64,000 bases of DNA, from assembly GCF_963921235.1 (NCBI RefSeq), contig NC_086127.1:6944001-7008000 (forward strand), in the 5' to 3' direction. This document shows, one piece after another, positions 25,341-38,598 of the stretch; positions within the stretch are counted from its first letter, which is position 1, and every line of letters starts with the position of its first letter. Under the pieces are notes generated by a model. It was not told where the DNA came from and made no database searches. It was given only the letters and a program-made list of their open reading frames with translations. This DNA comes from Mobula hypostoma. Its lineage: Eukaryota. The position numbers and the translations under genes were made by a program.

Positions 25341-26559
25341 CCGCGCACTGTGGTACCCCGAGGCTGCCGCAGTGTCGCCTGCCCAAACTCCAGCTTCCCA
25401 CATGTCAATCTGATCTCCCAGACGCCTGTCCTGAGCTTACAGTCCCATTGAACGCCAGTTACGTGAGATCCGACTATCACAGCGCTATCCGTTAAATTTC
25501 TCCAATAGTCCCATCTCCTTTCTTAATGGGAAACGTTGTGTAATCTCTGAGCCATGACCGATAATAAAGTCTCCCTCCGCCCTCGGGACCACCTTGCATA
25601 AGGTCTACTGTGGGACAAAATATTACCAACTCTCCCTGCCCTGGGTCTGTTCAAATGTGGAATTGTCGCTGAAACCAGCTGTATTGATCTCGCTCTGCGA
25701 TGGGGAATATCATCCAGTAGACTCCTCACTGCTTTAAAATATCCCATCACCCTGGGCTGTGGGTAGATGGCGAGCGCAAGCTTCACATCACGATAAATTG
25801 ATCAGCTCCCGACAGTGGGGGCACTCTGGTCAATAACTCGCCTTGTGACCAGCAGTCCAACTCCTTATTGTGGAGTGCCCGAACAGAAATTTCACCCTCC
25901 AAGCGATAGCTGTAATTGCCATGAATAGCGATGAACGACTTGGCGTTAGATCCACGTCCGGGTCCTTATTTCGCATCAATCTCTTCACGGAACACACTCG
26001 GGTGCAAGCTTCTCAGTGCAGAATTCAGCTCCGAGTCTTCCCCGCACTAGGGCAGTCGTGGTGTAAACTCAATTCTGGGGAGAATTCACCTCAGTGTCGG
26101 GACACCTCACGCGTTAATTCTGCCTTATCAGTAGTTTAAACAAGTCGCAGTGTGGTCCCCTGGTATAACCTTCCCCCGGGACAGGTTCTCCAATCTCCCT
26201 CCTGGGTGTATTCCAACTCTTATAATCATCCCCATCACAGCCGGCATTTATTCCAGACACAAAGACAGACCATTGCTCTTACCGATCTTCTCTCACCAAC
26301 TGATTTCCAAAGTTAACAAGTGCACATTCAGTTACATCAAACACAGTGCACGGTCTCCCACGCTTCACACCGCACCGTTGCCAGGCCCCTGGCCAGGCCA
26401 GTCCTTCTGCCGTTTCTGAACAATAAATGTGTAACTTGGGGCTGTTCTGGATGGAGCCGGAAAGTGGTGGATGACAGGAGGGGAGAGATCTGAAGTGAGA
26501 AGCTATCAGGGGGAACACCATTGAGTTGGGTATTGGTGATAGGCAAATGCCCACCCTCA

Positions 26560-27050
26560 ATTCCCGTTAGCCTTCGACCTGAATGCATGAATATCGATTC
26601 CGCTTCTGCTAAAAAAAATCTCTTCCCCTCCCGTCTCTTTCTCCTCCTAACTCTGGTCTCTTACCTCTTCTCGCCCGCTAATCCCCTCCCCTTGACGCCC
26701 ATCCTCTGTCCCATTTTCCTCTGATCTACTCCTGTCAGATTCTTTTATCGCCAGCCCTTTATATTTCTCGTCTGACTGGCTTGACCAATCACCTTCCAGC
26801 GACATACATCAAAGTTGCTGGTGAACGCAGCAGGCCAAGCAGCATCTATAGGAAGAGGCGCAGTCGACGTTTCAGGCCGAGACCCTTCGTCAGGACTAAC
26901 TGAAGGAAGAGAGCTTCCAGCGAGCCTCTTTCCCCTTGGCCGCCTCTTTATTCCTAATTTTTAAGAAAAATTCTGCCATCTTCCCCCTACCCTTCCGGTT
27001 TTGAAGAAAAGTCCCGGCCCGAATCGTTGTCAGTTTGTTTATTTCCACTT
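26560..27050 (+). mobile_element. Old Penelope-like remnant (resumes at 29770-29830 after the Gypsy insertion)
   Basis: SL.P..MNID-like coding, pyrimidine-rich pLTR, decayed hammerhead near 26995-27035. Confidence 0.6.
26862..26897 (-). ncRNA. Minimal hammerhead ribozyme within a 111-bp Penelope pLTR insertion (26803-26913)
   Basis: Reverse complement AGTC CTGACGA AGG-GTCTCGG-CCT GAAAC GTC GACT; TSD CTTCCAGCGA at 26793-26802 and 26914-26923. Confidence 0.75.
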
Positions 27051-29769
27051 TGTCACGTGACCGGCAACGATGAATCTAGAATTGGGTAGAGTGAGGGTTT
27101 ATAATACAATCAAACATTTATTAAACTCTGCTCAATATATAAAAGATAAACAAACGAAAATGTTAACCGGAAGTTAAGTGCTATGCGGCCATTTAACTGC
27201 GGGTCCAGCACTTTTGTACCTTACAATAGATCGAAAAACTCCGTTTTAAATCGGAACTGCGTCATAAGGCAAATACGTAATGGAGCGGAGTCTCTGGCTA
27301 ACGTTCTCACTGGAACACTAATGCGTCACCAGGGGTCTACACTTATATACCTAGTGGTAACAGGTCATCACGTGACCTCACATCGGCGGGAAAATTACAT
27401 TAGGTGACCGCCAAAACACCATTGCATCATCCTCATAAGCCAGTCACAAGGTATCCCTGAGGTATGTAACACCTCCCTTTAAAAAATTGATCTTTTAGGT
27501 GGAAAAAATGTATAAAATGACAACACACAATATCATCATACAGCACCTTACAAACTATTATACAGTAGGAGTGTTACAGAGGTTAAAATCTCACTGTATA
27601 AAATTTAATTACATGGTACATTTAACATATAGATAGAGAATCAGCGATCACATTATCTTTACTTTTAATATGAGTAGTCAAAATATTATACTCCTGTAAC
27701 ATTAAACTCCAATTTAATAATCTTCTATTTTTGCTTTTCATCTTTATTGGCAAATATACATCGGGAAAAACTGGTCCACCTGCTAAGTCATTCCTTAAAG
27801 GTAGAGCAACATCATTTACAGGTAAACTGGGTTGTAGTCCTATTTTAACAACCCCTGTAATTAACCCTGACCTTAAATTTACTCCATGTAAATGTACAGG
27901 CGTAAGGGCACTCCCAACTCCTCTTGTATAGTTTACTTTATCAATGTCAGACTCATCACTAAACTTTAGATCACTGTCTAACATTAGTGATTGAGAAGCT
28001 CCAGTATCTCTAAGTTTTCTTATTGGTACAGGATTGAATCCCGCTTTCAAGGATACAAATCCTTCGGTTATAAAGTGTTCATATCCCCTCTTAACTTGGT
28101 CGGACTCTGACAAACCTTCATTAGTATTTATCAAACTCTATGAATTTACAGGTGTTTTAATTTGCTGCACACAAGCAGCTAGGACTGCTTCCTTCTCTTT
28201 CTTTTTCAATCGATAACAGTTAGCTATTACATGTCTAGGTTTCTCACAATCATTACAAATAACATCAAAACGTCTTTCCTTCAAATGTCTCCCTTCATCC
28301 TTACCTTGATCACTAACTTCAGATTTAATTTCTGGTTTACCTTGACTCTCTGTGCTATTTTTCCTTTTAAAAGTCCTACCAGGAGGAAATTTATTGTTAT
28401 GAATTAAAGTATACTCATCAGCTAATTTAGCAGACTCCTGCAACGTAGCAGTGTCCCTTTCATTTAAGTATGTCCTCACTTCAAAAGGAATGCTCCTTTT
28501 AAATTCTCTCAGCAAAATCAACTCTTTTAATTTATTATACTCCCCATTCACATTTTTAGAGCAAATCCATCTTTCAAAACACATAGATTTCTCGGAAGCA
28601 AATTCCACGTAAAAGTTTTCCACAGATTTCTTCAAATTTCTGAATCTTTCTCTCTGCGCCTCCGGAACCAACTCATACGCCTTCAATATATGCTGCTTCA
28701 CAGTATCATAATCAAGTGCTTACTCAGCATTTAAAGCTGTATAAACTTGTTGTGCTCTCCCTTATATTCAACTCTAACATGACTGGCCATTACTCTTTCG
28801 GCCACTTTAAACTCGGAGCAAGATTTTCGAAATGTGGAAATATTTATCCACTTTTGTCTCAGTAAATGGAGAAGCCAAAATAACCTCACGATTCGCTGCA
28901 AACTGCTTCCTAGAACCAGAGGACTGATTCTGGGACTTCAATTTCTCCATCTCAAGAATTGAATTGAGTCAGGTTTTATAAAACAATCAAACATTTATTG
29001 AACTCTGCTCAATATGGAAAAATAAACAAATTCGAAAATCTTAACCGGGAGTTAACTGCTATGCTGCCATTTAACAAACCGCCACTCAGTACTAGTTCTT
29101 AAAGCGATAAATGCAAACACAGGTCTTAGAATGGTAAATTCGAAAGTCCAAGAGATTTATACAGTCAATTAGGAGAGACTTTCCTGAAGTAAAGAATTCC
29201 TCAAAGACCTGACGTCACGCCAGTCCCAGCCGGATCCTGCCTTGTCCGCAGGATCACGACGACGGAAATAAAACGGTTTAAAGGCACTGACAGTCCCTCT
29301 GGATAATAGATCCTACGCAGCCTTTTCTGCCGCTTTTAGCAGAGGCTATCTCATGCAAATTACTCTTTCTTGAACGAATTCAATAATGGTCGATCCTTTC
29401 AACCGTCGAACGACTCCTTCAGGTTCCTGTCTTCACTCTCCAATACTACTGAAAAGATACATCAACAAACCTGGCAGAAATTGGTTAAAGTGCCGGTCCA
29501 GCGCTTTTGTACCTTACCATAGAATGTAAAACTACGTTTTAAATCGAAACTGCGTCATAAGGCAAATACGCAATGGAGCGGAGTCTCCTGCAAGCGTTCT
29601 AACTGGGAAACTAACTGCGTCACCAGGGGTCTACACTTGGTCTACTAGCTGGTGGTAACAGGGCATCACGTGACCTCACATCGGCGGGAAAATTACATCT
29701 GGTGACCTCCAGAGCACCATTGCATCATCCTCATAAGACAGTCACAAGATATCCATGAGGTATGTAACA
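27051..29769 (-). mobile_element. Internally deleted Gmr1-like Gypsy LTR retrotransposon
   Basis: LTRs at 27051-27471 and about 28955-29769 (TGTTACATA start); PPT aaagggagg abutting the 3' LTR; gag with zinc knuckle CNDCEKPRHVIANC (28138-28701); protease RDTGASQSL and RNase H end RLLNWSLMLQEY..H....NVIADSLS (27622-28134). Confidence 0.85.
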
Positions 29770-30327
29770 ATTTATGGTATCTGACCTGCTGAGGTCCTCC
29801 TGCACCTTGTGCATGTTTCTGTGGATTGCATTGAAATGCTTCCCACAACAGCATGCCATCTCTTTTTCCTGTATCAATCATTTCCTGTAGATAATGTGCG
29901 TTTATCTGAAAGAATAAAAGAAAATGTAAATATGCATATTTTCCATGGATGTTTTGCAATTACCATTACCAATGAAATTAGCAAAATAAACGTCTGCTGT
30001 GCTCAATTGTAACTCTTTGTTAAGATCCATTGCTTAATTTGAAGGAATTTCAACTGAATTTCTCATATTATCTCAGAGGATATTTGAGTTGGAAGATAAA
30101 TATTCTTGCATCCTCAAAGATAATACTCTCGTAAAAGATACATTAAATTGAGATCTGTTGAAGGGAGTTTAGAAAATTCAATACAAATATTGAAGAGTGA
30201 TCAGTTCTCTGACTGTCCTGGTCAACTTTTGCCCCTGCATCACTGCCACTTGCAATACATTTGCCCGCTTAATGTTGGTTACTGTTTCTAACAAGTACTT
30301 CATTGATTGCCAAATATTTTGTCATTT

Positions 30328-32251
30328 AGTCATAGTCATAGTCATACTTTATTGATCCCGGGGTAAATTTGTTTTCGTTACAATTGCACCATAAATAATA
30401 AATAGTAATAGAACCATAAAGAGTTAAATAGTAATATGTAAATTATGCCAGTAAATTATGAAGTAAGTCCAGGACCAGCCTATTGGCTCAGGGTGTCTGA
30501 CCCTCCAAGGGAGGAGTTGTAAAGTTTGATGGCCACAGGCAGGAATGACTTCCTGTCACAGTGGCGGGGCATTTGGAGCAATGGTGGACCTAAATGCAAG
30601 ACACATCTTGTGAGGTTAAATAAATTTAGTTTATTGTTCGATATCAGGAGAGCTAGGCAGGAGTAGGAGTAGCGAACTAGACAAGGACTGAGGACTATGA
30701 CTAGGCTGGGACCAAGGGTCTGAGCTGGGACTCGGAATCGACTCCCAGAACCAGAGGAGACATGAAGAGGCTAGAGTATGGACTCTGAGCCCGAGGCTGG
30801 GCAAGGACCCAGTACGTGGGTCTTGCCTCCGGCTAGGACCCCAGAACCAGGCATGGACATGACATGGGCTAGGGAGAGGAGCAACATGGAAAACAGAGCC
30901 TTGGTCTCGGGAGACCAGGTACATGGAACCATGGACACATACACAGAACACAGAGTCGGCACCCCTCCTTGGGTTCAGGACATAGGGCCGGGACTCCCAC
31001 ACAGAACAGAGAGCTGGGACCCCTCCTTGGGTACAGGACATAGGGCCGTGACTCATGACCCTCCGCCGGGCAACGGCAAGACGGCCTGACTTACCCCACG
31101 TAGTCGAGGATAAGACAAGACAAGACCAACACGAATGAACACCAGACAGTACCTACCTAGCTCCGGTGATGGAACTAGACCGAAGTGCAGGTGGGGGCTG
31201 CAGGCGAGAGGAGCAGAGAAGGGATTCAGACGGGGGGTGTGGGGTAGGACAGGAATCACAGCCCGCTAGGATCAGGACTTGACTTGGTACTTGGATGCCG
31301 CCGGAGCCAGGACTTGGTGCTTGGAACCTCCGGGTAGTGCCGAGCTCTCGACTCGGCCCGGGAACAGTAGACAGCGGCTCTTGATTCTCTCCGGCCGGAT
31401 AACTGACGGATCCACCTTGATGAGGAAACTTTGCAGGCTTGCTTCGGCGAGGTAACTGGACTGGGTTGTTCCGGTGAGGAAAGGCGAATTACCGGCACTC
31501 ACTTCGGGCGGAGACTAGGTTTGCTCCGGCCAGATGACATTGGCACGCCGTGACCTTGCAGCCGCTTCCGCCCCGAACGGCTGAAAGGCGGAGACTATAA
31601 ACTACCCGTTCAGCCGCGTGTTAATTGCCTCTAATCACCAAAGTCGAGGGACACGGGAAAACAGGGAATCAACGGTCCGGATCGTAACATAAACAAGCTA
31701 AATTTAAAGGGACCCCGATCCGGACCATGACACTTCCTATGGTACTCTGTGCTGTATCTCGGTGGAATGAGTCTCTGGCTGAATGTACTCCTGTGCCCAA
31801 CCGGTATATTATGTAATGGATAGGAGACATTGTCCAAGATGGCATGCAACTTGGACAGCATCCTCTTTTCAGACACCACTGTGAGAGAGTCCAGTTCCAT
31901 CCCCACAACATCACTGGCCTTACAAATGAGTTTGTTGATTCTGTTGGAGTCTGCTACCCTCAGCCTGCTGCCCCAGCACACAACAGCAAACATGATAGCA
32001 TTGGCCACCACAGAATCGTAGAACATCCTCAGCATCGTCCGGCAGATGTTAAAGGACCTCAGTCTCCTCAGGAAATAGAGACGCCTCTGACCCTTCTTGT
32101 AAACAGCCTCAGTGTTCTTTGACCAGTCCAGTTTATTGTCAATTGGTATCCCCAGGTATTTGTAATCCTGCACCATGTCTACCCTGACCCCCTGGATGGA
32201 GAGAGGGGTCACTGGTACCTTAGGTCTCCTCTGGTCTACCACCATTTCCTT
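30328..32251 (-). mobile_element. 5'-truncated Rex1/Babar LINE split by a solo LTR
   Basis: 30328-30553 plus 31733-32251 reconstruct a copy closely similar to 16571-17303. Confidence 0.88.
30554..31732 (-). mobile_element. Solo LTR (TGTCA...GGACCATGACA family)
   Basis: TG...CA; perfect 5-bp TSD CTTCC (30549-30553 and 31733-31737); empty site visible in the paralogous LINE near 16785. Confidence 0.9.
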
Positions 32252-32514
32252 AGGAGACAGCAGAAACAATAGTTAAGACGTTTCCAGCTGATCAGTAGCT
32301 CTTAAACATCAAATATTCTGTATTTCAATGAAATATATCATGTCAACTTGTTCATATCAGGATAAAGAAAGTTATAATTTGAATTGAAACAAAACTGAGA
32401 TGATATCACGTTAATATGTATTCTGTTCGCAAAATGTCAGTATTTAAAGTCATCAATAATATGATAGTTCCAACAATAAAAAGTTAGCATTTACGTATCA
32501 CTTAGTGTTTCTGT

Positions 32515-32662
32515 CTCCAGGACTACCTGCCTTTAAATCTACCCCTCAGTTTTTTTTCTCCAGTCCTGTAGAACGGTTTCGGCCCGAAACTTGACTGTAC
32601 TTGTTCCCATAGTTGCTGGCTGGCCTGCTGAGTTCCTCCAGGGTTTAGTGTGTTTGTTGCTA
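32515..32662 (+). mobile_element. Penelope pLTR remnant with decayed hammerhead
   Basis: cagtcctgtagaacggtttcggcccgaaacttgactg followed by gctggctggcctgctgagttcctccag. Confidence 0.6.
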
Positions 32663-33546
32663 GCAATTACTTATAGAAACTTACAATCAGTTGTCTATAA
32701 ATTCTTCACAACGAAGCATTGAAAGTGGAAAGTTAGTGGAAAAATAATTGAAAAAGTAATTGAATCCCGATTTGCTTAGTGTGAGATTCGGTGCTCCCGA
32801 TGCGGATTACTCTACAATGGTGGGTTCCGGCGATTCCGACGCGGTAATCGGTCATTTGGCTAATTGGTTCCATTCCCTGTCTTATTCCACTGTATCCTTC
32901 TCTGCGTGTTCTTTATTGCTTTCGACCTAACTCAGTCATGGGCTAATTTACAGTCGTCATCGAAACCAGGAGCAATCCGTTGGGGTGTAAGAGGACGAAG
33001 CGCTTTGGAAGGAGCCCTGCCGTCATAAAGAGAATGTGAGCTGGGAGACTGCAGAGATACTAGTTAAGACGTTATCCGTTGCTGTTGAACTTTAAATAAT
33101 CAGTATTTCAATGAAATTTATCATATCAACTTCTTCGCAAAAGAGTAAAGAAAGTAATAACCTAAAGTGTAACATAACTGAGGTGATATCACAAATACGA
33201 GAAAATATGGAGATGCTGGAAGTTCAACGCAGTGTGAAATACCTCTTCCACCACCGTTTCAAAGAGAGAACGATGGGTTCTCCGCTGATATCTGAAATAA
33301 TGCGTGTTTGGTAACTTCCTGACGAAACGCATGTGCATCGGCTCCACTGCAATCACATCCATGCCTTATGGGGAGCAGAGACGTAAAGATGCTCTAATTA
33401 GAGCAATATTAAATACTATTGAATCGTGATCCTTCTCGACAGGTATTCGGAATGTATTGAACACCACATTATCAATCAAGTTTGCAGATAGAGTGACATG
33501 ACAAAAACAAATAAAAGTTAAAAATAAAATAAAAATAAAATAAAAT

Positions 33547-36500
33547 CAGAAACCGTGGATGAACATAGAAGTTCGCCTCCTGCTCAAAGCCAGGGATTCA
33601 GCCTTCAGGTCTGGAGATCGGGAGGCTTACATCTCAGCCCTGGCGAAGCGGAGGAGGGGAATCTCTCAGGCTAAACACACATGCAAACAGCGAATCGAGG
33701 AGCATATGGCATGGCATACAGATTATTACCGACTTCAAACCACCTAGTACTATGCCCCCTTCCAGCTCTGCTTCACTCCCTGATGAGCTCAATTACTTCT
33801 ACGCTCGCTGTGACCGAGAGAACAAGGAAGTCACCCTCAAAGCAGATCTCCCACCTGGTGAACCGCCTCTCTCACTTTCCACCTCCGATGTTTGCGCCAC
33901 CCTGAGCAGCGTGAATGTACGGAAGGCAGCTGGTCCGGATGGAATACCTGGCTGTGTGCTCAGAGTCTGTGCAGGGCAGTTGGCCGGGGTCTTCACGGAC
34001 ATTTTCAATCTGTCCCTGGCCCAGGCAGTTGTCCCCACAAGCTTCAAGATTGCCACCATCGTGCCGGAGCCGAAACATTTCACTGCCACGGACCTGAATG
34101 AGTTTAGCCCAGTTGCACTCACCCCCATCATTGCAAAGTGCTTTGAGAGACTGGTTCTATCCCATCTGAAATCTTGTCTGCCCACTACCCTGGACCCCCA
34201 TCAATTTACCTATCGCACCAACAGGTCAACAGATGATGCCATCTCCACGCACATCACTCTGCCCTGACCCACCTGGACAGCCCCAACTCTTACAACAGAA
34301 TTATGTTCATTGACTTTAGTTTGGCATTCAATACCGTGATCCCCTCCGAGCTGATCGCCAAACTTCGCCAGCTTGATATCAGCTCATCCCTTTGCAACTG
34401 GATCTTGGACTTTCTGACTAACAGACCCCAATCAGTTAAGTTAGACATCCTCTCCTCCTCCACTCTCACCCTCGACACCGGCTTGCCTCAAGGCTGTGGG
34501 CTGAGCCCTCTTCTGTACTCCCTTTTCACCTATGACAGCGTTCCTGTACATGGCTCTAACTCCATAATCAAGTTCGCAGCCGACACCACGGTGGTTGGTC
34601 TGATCAGAGTGGATAACGAGACGGCCTACAGGAACGAGGTCCAGCACCTGGCCGTGTGGTGTGCCGACAACAACCTGGCCCTTAACACCCAGAAGACCAA
34701 GGAGATCATTGTGGACTTCAGGCATGCTAGGAGCCACACTCACGTCCCCATCTACATCAACGGAACTGTAGTGCAGCGTGTATCAAGCTTCAAATTTCCT
34801 GGTGTCCACATATCCGAGGATATCAGCTGATGCTGAACTTCTCCATCCTGATCATAAGCGCCTTCATTTCTTGCGGAACATGAAGAAAGCTCAACTCTGT
34901 CCCAGGATACTGAAGGAGTTTTACCGCTGACACATTGAGAGCATACTCAAAAACTGCATCTCAGTGTGGTATGGCAATTGTCCCGTATCGGACCGCAAAG
35001 CATTCCAGCGTGTTTGTGAAAACTGCCCAGAGGATGATCGGCACCCAATTGCTCACCATCGAGAACATCTACCATAAACGTTGCCTGGGCAGGGTGAAAA
35101 GCATTATGAAGGATGCATCTCATCCTAACCGTGGACTTTTTACTCTCCTCCTGTCATAAGGGCGGGGGGGGGGAGGTATGTGTGTGGTGGGGGGAGGCGT
35201 TGATGGCGGAACCAAATGCAAGGCACAGACACTGAGCTACTCGGAACAGGACTAGGATTATCAAGGTAACAAGGTGTGACAGGAAGAACCGATGCTGGAC
35301 ATGGCACAGGCCCTGGATGCAGCTAGGATATAGGGCCAGGGCTAGGACTAGACTAGGAAAGCGGTATCTGGACGAAGAACTAGGAACTTGGAACCTGGAG
35401 AAGGAGTCCGAGCCAGAGACTGGCTAAGGACCCGAAACCTGGGTCTTGACTCGGGCTCGGACCCCGGATCTTGACGAGGACATGACGTGGCTACAGGACT
35501 GGTCGAGACATATAGACAGGACGGGAATACAAAGCCTTGACGTGGACAGGACTTGGACTAGACGAGGTTCTTCGACGAGGCTTATACTAGACAGGGTTCT
35601 TGGACTTGGCTTGGACTAGACGAAGTTCTTGGACAGGAGGAGAGACTCCAGGACGGGACGAGGGAATTGCAGCACGGGGCTGAGCGAGAAAACGAAGCCT
35701 TGATTTGGTCGAGGGAGAGACAGGAACGCAGGGCCTTGGTCGAGGAAGATACAGGAACGGAAAGCCTTGAGCCTTACTGTTCTTAGGACACAGGAATGCA
35801 GAACACAGAGCCTTGATCCTGAGAGACAGGATCATGGAACACAGAGCCGGGACCCCTCCTTTGGAACAGGACGTAGGGCCGGGACTTATACACATAACAC
35901 AGACCCGGGACTCCTCCTTGGGAACAGAACGTAGGACCGGGACTTATACACAGAATGCTGAACACAACGAGACAGTTCCAAATACTAGGTAGCGGCAAAC
36001 GGCCGGACCAACCTAGAGACGGCGTGGACACAGAGACAGTTCAAAACAACGATAGACAGTTCCTTATCTTGCTCCGGCGGTTGAACTTGACAGCGGTGCA
36101 GGCAAAGGTTGCAGGCGAGGTTTACAGGCGAGCAAGGCTTCAGGTGAGGCAAGGCAAGGAAAGGCTTCAGGCGAGGCTTCTGGAGGAAGGTGAAGGGAAG
36201 GGAAGGGCTTCAGACATGGAACAATCCAGCCGCCAAGCCCTGGTCTCCGGAGGTATTTACTTGTCTGTCCAAACGAGAATCATGTGCCTGAATTAGAGCA
36301 CCCAACAGAACAATGGAAAACCTGGAATAAAGATCGATAGACCGGACCGTGAACAGGAATGCGGACTTCACGGAACGGACCATGACACCTCCCATCCGGT
36401 AGGCGCTACAGGAGTCTCCGCTCCCGTACCAGCAGGCACAGGAATTTTTTCTTCCCTCAGGCTGTGACACTGTTGAAACTCACATCACAGCGCTAAGCAG

Positions 36501-36705
36501 TATTGCACCCGTATTGTACTGTCTCAGTACTTTTATATTTGTGTGTTGTAGCACTTACTTTTTATTCGCAGTTATTTTGTAAATAACACTATTCTTTGCA
36601 TTTATGGTCAGCTGCTAACTGAATTTCTTTGGCCTTGTATCTGTATTCGGCACAATGGCAATAAAGTTGAATCTAACTTAATCTAATCTAATCTAATCTA
36701 ATCAA
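33547..36705 (+). mobile_element. Rex1/Babar-type LINE (RT, 5'-truncated, frameshifted) split by a solo LTR
   Basis: [58 protein letters not shown]; 3' AATAAA and (CTAAT)n tail at 36670-36705. Confidence 0.9.
35152..36387 (-). mobile_element. Solo LTR (TGTCA...GGACCATGACA family)
   Basis: TG...CA; perfect TSD CCTCC (35147-35151 and 36388-36392); the LINE frame LLL|PSGRRYRS resumes after it. Confidence 0.9.
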
Positions 36706-38531
36706 TCCACATCCACACCTTCATTGAGGTTTGAACTTCCATTTCCCTGCCCTGCTCTACATCAGCGCTCCCGAGAACCCCGTCACTCTTTGTGTATATT
36801 CCAGCCGAACTCATCTACGGACGGGGCTCAGCATTCACCTGAATTTTGATTCGTTTCTGCTCCTCTCTGTCCATCTGACAAACTGATCAATTTCACCCCA
36901 TAACGAGTGACCAATTTGCCCATTATTGCAACGGGTATCCGGACAGAGTGAAATCTGACCTGCCAGTCGGTTTAGACCATAAATGCATCGAGGCAGCACG
37001 TCATGAAGAAGAAACAGAATATGTAACTTTGTGTTGTATTTACAGTGACAGTGCGGTTCAGGCTATCAAATATGTAAATAGAAATATCTACTGCACTGTC
37101 AACAATGATATCAAATTAGTGCATCGGCAAAACAATTATGGTTGTTGTTACACATAAAATGAATGGAGATCTCTGTCGGCTTTTGCATTTGCACCGATGC
37201 GGGGGTCACCTATACGGTGATTGAATTACTTTGGTGGGAGTTGTTTTCCCTGTGAAGAACTGCATGAATTTGATGTACATACAAAATGCTGGCTCAGCAG
37301 GACAGGCACATCTGTGGAAATGATCAGAATGCTGGCGATCGCTGAACTGGGCAGCAAAGGGAGGGACAAGATGCCAAACTAAAAAAGGACGTGGGAGGAG
37401 GAGGACAGGAACCTGATAGGCGAAGGCCGGTGCGGGGGAAGTGGGGTGGGCGGCGTGGCGAAACAAGTGGCTGGGAGAGAGTAAGTGGAAAAGTTAAAGA
37501 GCTGGAGAAGACGGAATCTGACTGGAGAGGAGAGTGGTTCAAGGGAGAACGGGAAGGGGGAGGGAGAAAGAGAAAGAGGACGTGCACCGGCCGGGGGGTG
37601 GTGACAGGCAGGCGAGGAGAAGAGTAGGAGGGCAGAGCGGGGAAATGAAGAAGATGGAAAGAAGCGGTGACCCATCTGAAGATAAAGATATCCACGTACA
37701 TGCCATAAGATTGGAGGCCATGTAGAATATAAAGTGTTATTACTCCCGCGTGATAGTGGCCTTATTTTCGTGGCAGAAGAAGAGGCCTTGGACCCACATG
37801 TCGGACAAGGAATGGGGATAGGAATTGAAATGGCCGGCACTGGGAAATTCCGCTTTTTGTGGATGGAGCTGAGGTGGTCGAAGACGTGTTAATTAAATTG
37901 AAGAATTATCTGGGCCGCAAAATGTCGAATGTTTATTTGTTTCCAAAGATGCTGTTTAATCTGCTGAACTCCTCCAGCATGTTGTATGCACTGCAATGAA
38001 TTTGATGCGTTCAGTATGTTCGGAAGCTTGGATGCTATTTTAGTTTGAGGCTAATTACTATATTACAGGAAAGTATCAAAATTCTTTTGTATTGCTACTG
38101 CAAGACCTATAACCGAGACAATTCCCAGATTGAAACAGAGCAGCCGAATGACGGTATAGCATTGGTCTATGATGACAAAGTCCATGGAACCGAGGAATGG
38201 ACAGGATCAACAATAACGATCATGAAGCTGAGAGGTGAGCCTGAGAGAGTTTCGCCACAACAGTCCCTGACTTCTCAGATCGTCATTTCTTCGTCTTTCA
38301 TATTTTGGAATTTCATGTCATGCTCTGCATACCTCCTCACAATTGGGATTTTACTGGAATGACAGCATGTTTATTTTTATCCCAGCTGTTGGATGACGCG
38401 TCAGCCTTGTGCAGTATTGAATTATCAGTGTCCTGAGCGAGTATAAATGAGTGACCGAGGAGATTCGTTAGCTCAGATTTTCTTCAGCGGGATTGTGAAC
38501 AGTTGGAAAGACAGGCTGAGCCTCAGACAGC

Positions 38532-38598
38532 ATGCTTGGAGCATTTTACCGTGCGAGCAAGATATATTACATGATCATCGCTGTTATTGGCGTTCCTG
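38532..38598 (+). CDS. GPR139-like GPCR gene D, exon 1 (MLGAFYRASKIYYMIIAVIGVP)
   Basis: ATG at 38532, donor G|GTAAG at 38598/38599; TATAAA at 38442-38447. Confidence 0.88.
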
